IMG/VR virus record: IMGVR_UViG_3300031993_000018
Span: 1 to 25,613 of that record
From: a virus
Taxonomy: Duplodnaviria > Heunggongvirae > Uroviricota > Caudoviricetes
DNA length: 25,613 nt
Reading direction: 5' to 3' (one strand)
This document shows positions 17,353 through 25,613 of this stretch, in pieces. Position numbers and translations under genes: made by a program. Under the pieces are notes generated by a model. The model had not been told where the DNA came from and did not search any database. It was given only the letters and a program-made list of their open reading frames with translations. Positions within the stretch are counted from its first letter, which is position 1; the number at the start of each line of letters is the position of its first letter.

Positions 17353-17861
17353 TTCTTTTCTATTTCTCTTGTTAATGGTTTTCTCACTCTTTCAATGATG
17401 AAATCAAGTATTTCTATGAAGAATTTGTTTGTGATATTTATATATCTGCATCCTTTAGGCTCCACTTTTAGTTCCACAATCTCATGTCCATCAAGATCTT
17501 GTCCAGATATTGTGTGTGTTGTATATCTGTATTTCAAATCATCATATATTTCAGGGGCACTACTTTCAATACCTCCAGATATACATAACTCACTGTCTCC
17601 TTCAATATTCCTATATATCAGATACACATTGTATCCAACATTATCCTCATATAAATTTATATATATGCTTCCATCATCAGCTGTTGTCTGGAAAATTGAT
17701 GAATTATCTCTATATGTGTAATTGTCTTTCAGATACTGGACTAAACCAATCCTGTCAAGAAAGTCAATGTCATCCTCTTTCTTTACAGTATCACCAGTAC
17801 CTCTGTCAAGCATCCCACCCCAGGTTGATTCTCTTAAATATGTCTTGAAATCCGGTATCAT
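17349..17861 (-). CDS. Paralog family member 3 (putative internal head protein)
   Basis: Leader MIPDFKTYLRESTWGGMLDRGTGDTVKKEDDI. Confidence 0.7.
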   Translation of the reverse strand: MIPDFKTYLRESTWGGMLDRGTGDTVKKEDDIDFLDRIGLVQYLKDNYTYRDNSSIFQTTADDGSIYINLYEDNVGYNVYLIYRNIEGDSELCISGGIESSAPEIYDDLKYRYTTHTISGQDLDGHEIVELKVEPKGCRYINITNKFFIEILDFIIERVRKPLTREIEKK

Positions 17862-17862
17862 A

Positions 17863-18561
17863 TTATCCTATCTTTACTTTCTTTGAGAAGTCATCAACAG
17901 TAATCTGTTGGATTGGTTTTGATGACTGACCATCTGATGTGAAATGTTTATGATTGTTAAATACTTCCATCAGTCTGCTTCCAAGAATGACCTTATCCTC
18001 TGCATCCTTTGTGAGTTTGACCTCATTACAGTCAAGGTTCACATTTGCCTTTGTATGTATTGTGATGTCATTGGTTGCTGTGTCTATTGAAAGTCCGGCC
18101 CCTGACTTTGTCTGTATTTCCAATGAGTCATATTTAGGCATTGAAATCAGGTTACCGTTACATTCTATTGTGAGACCTTTTTCAGGGAGATAGTATATCT
18201 TCATATACTGTTTTGTTCCATCCTCATTGTAATCCTCTGAAAAGGCGATTACTTTCACCTCTTCACTTGATTCGGCATTGTCATGGAGTATGTCCTTTAC
18301 TTTTCCCCTGAGTTCTACATTACCATAATATACAATATTGTATGCATCCTGTACATCAACATACACCCTGTCACCTACTTTAGGTACAGAATAAGAACCA
18401 CCATTGGCAGATGGATTGGGCGCAGGCAATGCCCAGGGAAGGTCATCATCAAGGATAACATATCTTCCACCAACTGTCTGTGTGTGGATTCCGAAAACCC
18501 TTATCTGACACCTGTTTTTGAATGTTGGATCATAATTATTTACAACAATTCCTGTTTTCAT
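17863..18561 (-). CDS. Baseplate central spike (gp5 OB-fold / gpV-like)
   Basis: GIVVNNYDP...RCQIRVFGIH...LPWA...VPKVGDRVYV; C-terminal FNNHKH metal-binding tip motif; no lysozyme domain. Confidence 0.85.
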   Translation of the reverse strand: MKTGIVVNNYDPTFKNRCQIRVFGIHTQTVGGRYVILDDDLPWALPAPNPSANGGSYSVPKVGDRVYVDVQDAYNIVYYGNVELRGKVKDILHDNAESSEEVKVIAFSEDYNEDGTKQYMKIYYLPEKGLTIECNGNLISMPKYDSLEIQTKSGAGLSIDTATNDITIHTKANVNLDCNEVKLTKDAEDKVILGSRLMEVFNNHKHFTSDGQSSKPIQQITVDDFSKKVKIG

Positions 18562-18562
18562 A

Positions 18563-18605
18563 CATAAATATTTATAAGGAGTCTATTTATACACAAGTAT
18601 TTATG
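18563..18605. promoter_or_regulatory. Cluster of four late promoter boxes in the divergent spike/TerL gap
   Basis: CATAAATA (+) at 18563; (T/C)ATAAATA (-) at 18569, 18584 and 18598. Confidence 0.65.
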
Positions 18606-18633
18606 GGATTTCCTATATATAAAAACACAATTT

Positions 18634-20523
18634 ATGGCACAACAAAATGCACAGGTAAGTCCTAGAAAAAACATCACCTGGAGTACAAAAACAGTTGACA
18701 GTTGGATGATGGATCATGCAGAGGGAACATTCCATAAGGAGAATCCCTGGTTGGATGGTCAGGTGGGTGTTAAAAGGGCAGGACTCTTGTTTGATTACAC
18801 ACAAGAAGAGATAGAAGAACTAACAAAATCAGCGAATGATGTAATATACTTCGCCAACAATTATGGATATTGTCTTCATGGTTCACAGGGTTACAAACCC
18901 ATTACATTGAGAGACTATCAGGAAGAGATGCTCAACAGTTACAGTAATTACAGATTCACATGCTGTATGTCTTCAAGACAGGTGGGTAAGACTGTGGTAG
19001 CAGCTCTTTTTCTTCTCCATGAGGCAATTTTCAATGTGGATAGAAACATAGGTATTGCTGCGAACAAACTCGCAACAGCGGTTGAAATTATGGATAAGAT
19101 AAAGGAGATTATGGATTATCTCCCATTCTTTATGAAACCTGGTATCAAGGTTTACAACCAGACAATGATTGTATTTGAGAATGGTTGTAGAATCATAGCT
19201 CAGGCAACAACAAAGAGGTCATTCATTGGTTTTACAATTCATACACTTTACTGTGATGAGTTCGCACATGTTGAACCACACATCCTTGATGAGTTCTATG
19301 AGAACATTATGCCTACAGTATCATCAATGGAGGACTCAAAGATTATCATCACATCTACACCTAATGGTTACAACAAGTTCTTTGACATTTACCAGGGTGG
19401 TGTTGACGGTACCAACTCTTATCATTCATTGAGGGTTGACTGGTGGCAGGTACCTGGAAGAGATGAGGCATGGAAAGAAAAGACTATTGCTGACTGTGGT
19501 GGTGAGGATGAGTTTATGAGACAGTTCGGTAACTCATTCCTTTCAACTGGTAATACACTTCTTTCACCTGACAGCCTGGCCAAACTCCAGAAGGGAAGAA
19601 AGAAATATGTCAGAAAGGATATTCCTGAAATAGAAAAGAACTGGGAGGAGGAATACAAGGATCTCCTTTTCCATCCAGACTTTGATGTTGATGAATTGAG
19701 AGACCCAGATAGAAAATGGGTGATGAGTATTGACCTTTCAGAAGGAGGTGGTGGAGACAACTCCATCCTTAACCTGTTTGGTCTGAAGATGAAAGCAAAG
19801 GAACTGTTGAAGGATTTCCTGACCAACCCGGATAAAGAGGTGAAGAAATCAGACTATTTCAAGCTTTCACAGTGTGGCAGGTTCAAGAGTAATATCACCA
19901 CATTGGAGAAACTTGCAAAACTTGCATATATCCTCATTATGGATGTAATAGGTCCTGACAATATCAGGGTTGTTGTCGAATACAATGCCTTCGGTGGAGA
20001 GTTCTTGAGACTGTTGCAGACAGTGTTTGGTGACAAGAATGAGTTTGATATGTCCTGTATCCTGAAGTTCTATCACACAACAGATACAAAGGCCAGGAAG
20101 TATGGTCTCAAGGTAAGACCTGACAATAAACCTGTTCTTTGTATTGCACTGAAGGGTATGATTGCAAGTGACAACATTGAGGTCACAGATGATGATACTG
20201 TTGCAGAATTTGAGGTATTCAGTAAGATAGGTAATACCTGGAAGGCAAGTAGGGATCATGATGACCTTGCTATGTCAACTGTTGACCTTACTGCTGTATT
20301 TGACCATCCTTACTTTGATGTGATGATGGAAGAGATTATGGGACTTGAAGAGAATGAGGAGGCATGCAAGATGTATGAGTCCAAGATGGATGAAAAATAT
20401 GGAAACCTGTATGACAACTATCAGAACCTGAGACCAGAACCAACATATAATGAAGACTCCGACTATAAATATAGAGATAACGGTTTCGGAGGATATTTCG
20501 GAAACAAGGGAATTTACAATTAA
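18634..20523 (+). CDS. terL: Terminase large subunit (T4 gp17-like)
   Basis: LRDYQ, SSRQVGKT, LYCDEFAHV, ITSTPNG, SIDLSEG, HDDLAMS. Confidence 0.96.
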   Translation: MAQQNAQVSPRKNITWSTKTVDSWMMDHAEGTFHKENPWLDGQVGVKRAGLLFDYTQEEIEELTKSANDVIYFANNYGYCLHGSQGYKPITLRDYQEEMLNSYSNYRFTCCMSSRQVGKTVVAALFLLHEAIFNVDRNIGIAANKLATAVEIMDKIKEIMDYLPFFMKPGIKVYNQTMIVFENGCRIIAQATTKRSFIGFTIHTLYCDEFAHVEPHILDEFYENIMPTVSSMEDSKIIITSTPNGYNKFFDIYQGGVDGTNSYHSLRVDWWQVPGRDEAWKEKTIADCGGEDEFMRQFGNSFLSTGNTLLSPDSLAKLQKGRKKYVRKDIPEIEKNWEEEYKDLLFHPDFDVDELRDPDRKWVMSIDLSEGGGGDNSILNLFGLKMKAKELLKDFLTNPDKEVKKSDYFKLSQCGRFKSNITTLEKLAKLAYILIMDVIGPDNIRVVVEYNAFGGEFLRLLQTVFGDKNEFDMSCILKFYHTTDTKARKYGLKVRPDNKPVLCIALKGMIASDNIEVTDDDTVAEFEVFSKIGNTWKASRDHDDLAMSTVDLTAVFDHPYFDVMMEEIMGLEENEEACKMYESKMDEKYGNLYDNYQNLRPEPTYNEDSDYKYRDNGFGGYFGNKGIYN

Positions 20524-20525
20524 AT

Positions 20526-21014
20526 ATGAAAAAATTCAGTGAAATAAGTGAATCTACCTGGGGTGGTATATTGAACAGAGGTAGAGGTGATTCAGAAAGA
20601 AAGGAGGATGATGTCAATCTTCTTGACAGGAATGGATTATATGAGTATATTTTCAGTAAATATGAAACACTTGAATTAAAAGTAGCATCACCACCTTATA
20701 AATCTGATACTGATCCAAATGGACATGAATATTTTACAATACCAATATTCATGAAAAATTTCAGATCATACAGATTGAATACAAGTTTTGATAATGGTGA
20801 AATTACAAAAATACAATTACTATCAACAACCAAGGATGCCGAAGACTTTATGGATGCATTGAGGGATAATTTTTACATATGGGTTACATCAGATGGTAGA
20901 ATTGATATAAAAAACAAAGAGAATCATGGTGTATCAAATCAACTTTGTATGGATGTTATAAAGACAATAGTTGAAAATGCACCGGAACCATTATTAAAAA
21001 AGAAGGAAGAATGA
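20526..21014 (+). CDS. Paralog family member 4 (putative internal head protein)
   Basis: Leader MKKFSEISESTWGGILNRGRGDSERKEDDV. Confidence 0.7.
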   Translation: MKKFSEISESTWGGILNRGRGDSERKEDDVNLLDRNGLYEYIFSKYETLELKVASPPYKSDTDPNGHEYFTIPIFMKNFRSYRLNTSFDNGEITKIQLLSTTKDAEDFMDALRDNFYIWVTSDGRIDIKNKENHGVSNQLCMDVIKTIVENAPEPLLKKKEE

Positions 21015-21493
21015 AAAAGTTCAGTGAAATAGACGAGTCAGTATGGGGAGGTATCCTCGACAGAGGTGCCGGAGACACCAAAAGAAAGGAGGATGAAATC
21101 AACCATCTTGATATATCTGAAATGTATGAATATATTTTAAGTAAATATGAAACGACTGATAATAAGTACAGGATATATTTTGAAACAGATGGTGTAGCTC
21201 CTGAAATTGGAATGTCAATATTCAGAAAAGATGGAAAGATGTATTCACTCAAGTTATTTTCTCAACATGTTTCTGAAAAAATAAGGGTGATAAGATTAAA
21301 TTCAAGTACTTTAGAAACAGATGATGAGGTCTTAAGGGAATTATTTAAGAAATCCAGAGTTGAAATTACGGCAGATAACAAATTGGATATAACCAAATAT
21401 AACTATTCTGTCACAAACCAACTCTGTATAGATGTGATTGACACTATAATAGAAAATGCAAAAGAACCGTTAATAAAAAAGAAGGATGAGTAA
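21011..21493 (+). CDS. Paralog family member 5 (putative internal head protein)
   Basis: Leader MKKFSEIDESVWGGILDRGAGDTKRKEDEI; ATGA coupled. Confidence 0.7.
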   Translation: MKKFSEIDESVWGGILDRGAGDTKRKEDEINHLDISEMYEYILSKYETTDNKYRIYFETDGVAPEIGMSIFRKDGKMYSLKLFSQHVSEKIRVIRLNSSTLETDDEVLRELFKKSRVEITADNKLDITKYNYSVTNQLCIDVIDTIIENAKEPLIKKKDE

Positions 21494-21506
21494 TCACCCT
21501 TCTTTT
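21477..21506. terminator. Bidirectional terminator
   Basis: AAAAGAAGGATGA-gtaa-TCACCCTTCTTTT (one mismatch) between convergent genes. Confidence 0.7.
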
Positions 21507-21912
21507 ATTTTAATCCAAGTCCTTTCTTTCCCATTGATTCTATCTTTTCGGCATAGGTCTGTTCCTTCTCTCCCTTTGAGTTTTTGGAGTGTTTTGTTCC
21601 ATCCGGGAGTGCCGGTTCAGCAGAAGGTTTGTACAATTTGTCATTATCAACAGGTATATTGAGAATTTCCCCCTCTTTGACGGCAAAGGGATTGAAGATG
21701 TGATTACCATACATAACCATGTCAATCATATCCATATTCTTTGCAACGGAATTCCATACAAATGTATCAATTCTGCCATTACAGTCCTTATTCAGTTCCT
21801 TTGCTGAATTACCGGACAGTTCAGATATATTGACAACAGGGATACACATATCAATGTATTCCTCACCATCATAACCTATGTACTTTCTTTTTGTGTCAAA
21901 AAGTTTATCCAT
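21505..21912 (-). CDS. Baseplate wedge protein (T4 gp53 / LysM-like)
   Basis: GRIDTF...DMVMYGNHIFNPFAVKEGEILNIP. Confidence 0.65.
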   Translation of the reverse strand: MDKLFDTKRKYIGYDGEEYIDMCIPVVNISELSGNSAKELNKDCNGRIDTFVWNSVAKNMDMIDMVMYGNHIFNPFAVKEGEILNIPVDNDKLYKPSAEPALPDGTKHSKNSKGEKEQTYAEKIESMGKKGLGLK

Positions 21913-23716
21913 TTAAGAAACCTCCTATTGTCTTGATTCTGTTACTTGAAATTTTAACATTACTGTGTCCATCAGAAGATGAACTTACATTACCATTCAC
22001 TGTGAATGTCTTGTTTCTTTCCTGATTCTTCATATTTGAAGGATCATCAGGATTTGTATCCTGGAAGTTCTGCATAGAATCAATAGTCCTGTATGCATTT
22101 TCAATGTCTCCATTTGTGAATGAGTAGAACCTACCCTTTGAACCATTGAACATATTCTCAATCATTGAAGCATCTCTAGGCATACAATGTTCAAGATCAA
22201 CCACAAACTTGATTTCAGTTGGGAAATCATCATAACCCAGTGCATCACTGAACTGAACAGTTGTCTTTGTTACTGCCATATTACCCATCATAGCAATAGG
22301 ATCAAGAGGATTACCGACAGTCACATGCCAGAATCCTGATGGAGCACCTGAAAGAAGTGCAGGAACAGCAACACCTTCACCAGCAACACCAATGTTACCA
22401 CCAAGGAGATTACCCACCAGACCCTGGAGGAATCCTGAACCTATATTCTTTACACCATTCCAAAGTCCCTGGAAGAAATCACCAGGACCATTTACACTAT
22501 CCATCTGACTTATCTTCTTGAATCCTTCCTTTACATCACCGGCAAGACTCCTGAGATAATCACCGAATTTACCCTGTCTCAACAACATAGGGTCACCATA
22601 CTGCGGTGCGATATTCCTGTTACCATAGAATATGGTTTCACCACCCCAGAATGTACCATAGTTACCTGTGAGAATCAGGAAGTTGGAAAGAATGTCCATC
22701 ATAGCAACTCTTGGATTCACACATTTGAGTGACTTGAGTGAATATTCAAATGTGAGTTGGAAATTATTTGAGAATGTGAGGCCCCTGGATCTGATTTTTA
22801 CCTTATTGACAACATTCACATCACCATAGAGATTCTCACCATATCTTGCATTGAATGTGTTACCTTCATACTGGTGTTGTGATGCAAACACATCATTTAT
22901 ACCAACACCTTTTCCGGCAGCCATTGCTGACAACATCCACATACTCTTCAACTGACCAGATGCACTGTTACTTCCACCTATCTTTGCTTCACCCTTCAGA
23001 AGTTCATCACTGATACCTTTCCTGTTTTTCATCTGTGCGGCAAGACCACCATCCGGGTTCTGCATTGACTCAACCTTACCTTCCCTGTCTTCCCAGTTGG
23101 CACCATAGTCAAACTTGAGAATGTCTGAAAGTTTGTTTCCTGTCTTTTCACCCATATATGTGACAGCAGTCGCAAGAGCAAAGTAATCATCAAAGTAACC
23201 ATTCATACGGTTGACATCAATTGCAGGCATATCCAGACCAAACATATGATCATTACAAGGTCTTGTATATCTCCTCAATGTAATCATATAGTTGTTAGGA
23301 ATCTGGTTGTAGTATTTCAGATATATGAAATCCTGCATCTTATACCTGGCAAGACCATATGGGTCAAAATCTTCTGAACTGTAATATGATATTATGTTCT
23401 TGTATGTAGGATTCTTCTTGTCATTCAAAAGTGCGGCAAGATACTTGTCTTTTGTCATACACTTTTCATAGTCACTATATGCTGTGAAATTTGTATCTTT
23501 TGAATACATAGGATAACCGTTATAAATGGTTCTGTAGTTTATTGCTACATTGTCATTCATAATGGAATGGGGTAATGCAATCACTCCATCTGCATCATTC
23601 TGGGCCACAAAGAAACTCAATCCATCTGGATCTGGTTTAAGGTCTTGTGTTTCCACTGGAAATGGTGTCATTCTGGCATCCACATTACAAGCATCATAAT
23701 AGAAAGTATTTGGCAT
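21905..23716 (-). CDS. Putative baseplate / tail-tube initiator-like structural protein
   Basis: FQLTFEYSL...NMAVTKTTVQF...FPTEIKFVVDL resembles a gp48/gp54 tube fold; late promoter; coupled to the gp53-like gene. Confidence 0.45.
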   Translation of the reverse strand: MPNTFYYDACNVDARMTPFPVETQDLKPDPDGLSFFVAQNDADGVIALPHSIMNDNVAINYRTIYNGYPMYSKDTNFTAYSDYEKCMTKDKYLAALLNDKKNPTYKNIISYYSSEDFDPYGLARYKMQDFIYLKYYNQIPNNYMITLRRYTRPCNDHMFGLDMPAIDVNRMNGYFDDYFALATAVTYMGEKTGNKLSDILKFDYGANWEDREGKVESMQNPDGGLAAQMKNRKGISDELLKGEAKIGGSNSASGQLKSMWMLSAMAAGKGVGINDVFASQHQYEGNTFNARYGENLYGDVNVVNKVKIRSRGLTFSNNFQLTFEYSLKSLKCVNPRVAMMDILSNFLILTGNYGTFWGGETIFYGNRNIAPQYGDPMLLRQGKFGDYLRSLAGDVKEGFKKISQMDSVNGPGDFFQGLWNGVKNIGSGFLQGLVGNLLGGNIGVAGEGVAVPALLSGAPSGFWHVTVGNPLDPIAMMGNMAVTKTTVQFSDALGYDDFPTEIKFVVDLEHCMPRDASMIENMFNGSKGRFYSFTNGDIENAYRTIDSMQNFQDTNPDDPSNMKNQERNKTFTVNGNVSSSSDGHSNVKISSNRIKTIGGFLNG

Positions 23717-23738
23717 ATAATAAAATACTTATATAAGG

Positions 23739-23760
23739 TATTTATGAACATCCATAAATA
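23739..23760. promoter_or_regulatory. Back-to-back divergent late promoters
   Basis: TATTTATG-aacatc-CATAAATA; each box followed on its own strand by YC(T)TATATAA. Confidence 0.75.
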
Positions 23761-23781
23761 TCTATATAAAGGTTTTAACTT

Positions 23782-25194
23782 ATGTCAGATTCAAAAAGAT
23801 ATTTTCAATTGACTCCTGATATACTTGTGGAGTACACATATAATAATGTAAGCAGTTTTTTAAGTCAGACTGGTGATGCATCTGATTATGTGTTTGATTT
23901 GGAGGATAATAATGCAAGTATTGTCGGTAATCCTTATTGTGCGACCAGGACATTTGTCAATGGAAGTACAATTGAGAGATTTGTACAACCTATTAACAGG
24001 TCAGAGTCAAAATTTATACAATGTGTTAATGGAAACTCTTATATATGGGGTTCTGACACATCTTGGACAAATGACACATCATTTATTGCACAAGGAGAAG
24101 AGGATATTCTGAAAGATACATTCAAACTTCATTTCACATCCAGGAACTATTTTGGTGATTATGATGGTTTGATCATAACAGTTAACATATATGACAAGGT
24201 TAAAAACAAGATTGGATTGTTGTCACAGTATATAAAAAAGACAGATGATCCAAAACTTAATGAAAATCCCATACTGATTAACCAGAAGTTGTATACCACA
24301 TACAAGGATTTTGAAATTCCTAACATCAATGCAATAATAGATTATGACATACTGGGAAGTGTGAGTACAGCAGAACAGAACTTGTATAGAGCATTGTCTC
24401 CAAATTATGACATAATGGAGAATACACCTGTTATAATGACAGTTTATGGTGTAAAATCCACATATATAAGTAATGGTTTTGAATACTACAACACAGAGAA
24501 GTTAAACACAATATTCATACCTGTTGAGGATAAGTCAAATGTAGTTGAAGTGAAATGTGTTGAAGCAGAAGATGGAGATTATTTCAAGGTTTATCCGGAA
24601 GTTGATAATGATAGTATTTCATTCTCTGATTATATATACAATGTTTCCAATGGTCGTCCTGAAGACTATATTGTTTTCTATGAACTGACATTAAGAGAAT
24701 ATACACCTGACAATACAACTGAGGGAATTGTCACACACAGGGAACAATACATCATAAATGCTGCAAAACATTCAAATATTGAGAATGAAAAATATAAGAC
24801 CAATGAGGATGAACTTGACAGTATTATGTATTACAGACCCATAGTCATCAACAGTGCTAATATTGTAGAATTTACAATAGATGTAAATCTCAATATCATC
24901 AACACCCTTGACAACACAACAATAGTAAAGAGAACATCATTGAAATATAGTCCAGAGAATGGTTATAATCCTAAAAAGTATGGAAAACATATGAATAAGA
25001 TTTATCTTGGTAATGTTCCTGCACAAATCAATGTATATAACAAGAAACCGGATATCAACAATGATGGTGTGAAGATTGTCAATAATGGAGGATCAAGCGT
25101 CAAGATTGAAAACCATCAGCACTCTGTGATAGGATTCATTGAATGTGTGAATGTGGGAGTTTCAATTGAACAGATTCCAAAAGAGAACCTATAA
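23782..25194 (+). CDS. Hypothetical late (probably structural) protein
   Basis: 470-aa beta-rich ORF behind a late promoter box. Confidence 0.6.
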   Translation: MSDSKRYFQLTPDILVEYTYNNVSSFLSQTGDASDYVFDLEDNNASIVGNPYCATRTFVNGSTIERFVQPINRSESKFIQCVNGNSYIWGSDTSWTNDTSFIAQGEEDILKDTFKLHFTSRNYFGDYDGLIITVNIYDKVKNKIGLLSQYIKKTDDPKLNENPILINQKLYTTYKDFEIPNINAIIDYDILGSVSTAEQNLYRALSPNYDIMENTPVIMTVYGVKSTYISNGFEYYNTEKLNTIFIPVEDKSNVVEVKCVEAEDGDYFKVYPEVDNDSISFSDYIYNVSNGRPEDYIVFYELTLREYTPDNTTEGIVTHREQYIINAAKHSNIENEKYKTNEDELDSIMYYRPIVINSANIVEFTIDVNLNIINTLDNTTIVKRTSLKYSPENGYNPKKYGKHMNKIYLGNVPAQINVYNKKPDINNDGVKIVNNGGSSVKIENHQHSVIGFIECVNVGVSIEQIPKENL

Positions 25195-25197
25195 AAG

Positions 25198-25224
25198 AAA
25201 AGAGAACCAATTTGGTTCTCTTTT
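25198..25224. terminator. Bidirectional terminator
   Basis: AAAAGAGAACCAA-t-TTGGTTCTCTTTT. Confidence 0.8.
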
Positions 25225-25227
25225 TAT

Positions 25228-25613
25228 TTAATCTTCTTTATCTTTCTTTTTCTTCTTTTCATCATCCTCATCATCCTCATCTTTTTCCTCCTTCTTTTCA
25301 TCCTTTACCTTTGTTTCTTCCTCTTCCTCACCTTTCTCCTCCTTCTTTTCATCCTTTACTTCTGTCTCTTCCTCTTCCTCATGCTTTTCTTCTTTCTTCT
25401 CTTTCTTTTCAGGTTCAGATGATGTATCATCAGACTTCTTTTCAGGTTTTCTGGCAACACCCTTGCCACTGACAACATCTACACAGATGACATCATCATC
25501 CTGTTCTACAGGTATGATTTCAAATGCCTTGTTGAGTTCTGCATTTCTTTTTGCGAAAGATTTCGTTTCAGGAGACTCTTCTCTTTCACCTTCTGAAATC
25601 TTTTCATTCCAGA
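25228..25613 (-). CDS. 3' end of a gene entering from beyond the window; K/E/D-rich low-complexity tail
   Basis: Not in the ORF track. Frame from 25611 reads WNEKISEGEREESPETKSF...EDDEKKKKKDKED-TAA. Confidence 0.8.
   Translation of the reverse strand, partial: WNEKISEGEREESPETKSFAKRNAELNKAFEIIPVEQDDDVICVDVVSGKGVARKPEKKSDDTSSEPEKKEKKEEKHEEEEETEVKDEKKEEKGEEEEETKVKDEKKEEKDEDDEDDEKKKKKDKED
25281..25382 (-). repeat. Two imperfect 51-bp tandem repeats
   Basis: Encode EEEEETEVKDEKKEEK and EEEEETKVKDEKKEEK. Confidence 0.85.

Noticed and set aside
16733-17861. Repeated ~95-bp gene starts as CRISPR, attC-like or DGR repeats
   Set aside because: Repeats are coding, differ mostly at synonymous sites and are ~510-525 bp apart; no Cas, integrase or reverse transcriptase is present
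73-24112. Many short overlapping or antisense ORFs in the track (e.g. 1912-2391, 4472-4993, 19422-19826)
   Set aside because: Lie within well-supported genes, have no motifs, and are explained by codon bias
25212-25472. Plus-strand 86-aa F/L/P/H/S-rich ORF
   Set aside because: Antisense shadow of the K/E/D-rich minus-strand gene; starts inside a terminator
1-25613. Active stop-codon reassignment in this window
   Set aside because: All recognisable genes are full length in the standard code with no gaps needing readthrough
1-25613. tRNA, rRNA or structured ncRNA
   Set aside because: Intergenic gaps are under 90 nt and occupied by terminators or promoter motifs

Overview
Gene-dense, AT-rich fragment of a large T4-like (jumbo) myophage, probably infecting a Bacteroidota host (TAnnTTT-type promoter motif, AT-rich start regions without clear Shine-Dalgarno). 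There are 29 supportable CDS, two truncated by the window edges. The left block (mostly + strand) covers DNA modification and replication: a split, intein-containing SssI-like C5 methyltransferase, a repeat-array GIY-YIG nuclease, Dam, an NDT-like protein, a degenerate prohead-protease paralog, dUTPase, clamp loader, a Clp ATPase and gp46/SbcC. The right block is morphogenesis (gp13-like neck, central spike, TerL, gp53-like, tube/baseplate-like) with (C/T)ATAAATA late promoters. Best candidates for new biology: (1) five divergent paralogs sharing a T4 capsid-targeting-like leader, with a similar leader on the GIY-YIG nuclease, suggesting a virion-packaged cargo system; (2) strong CpG depletion that spares CCGG, alongside a split CpG-type methylase whose catalytic Cys is the intein +1 residue. 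All family assignments are by motif recognition, not database search.
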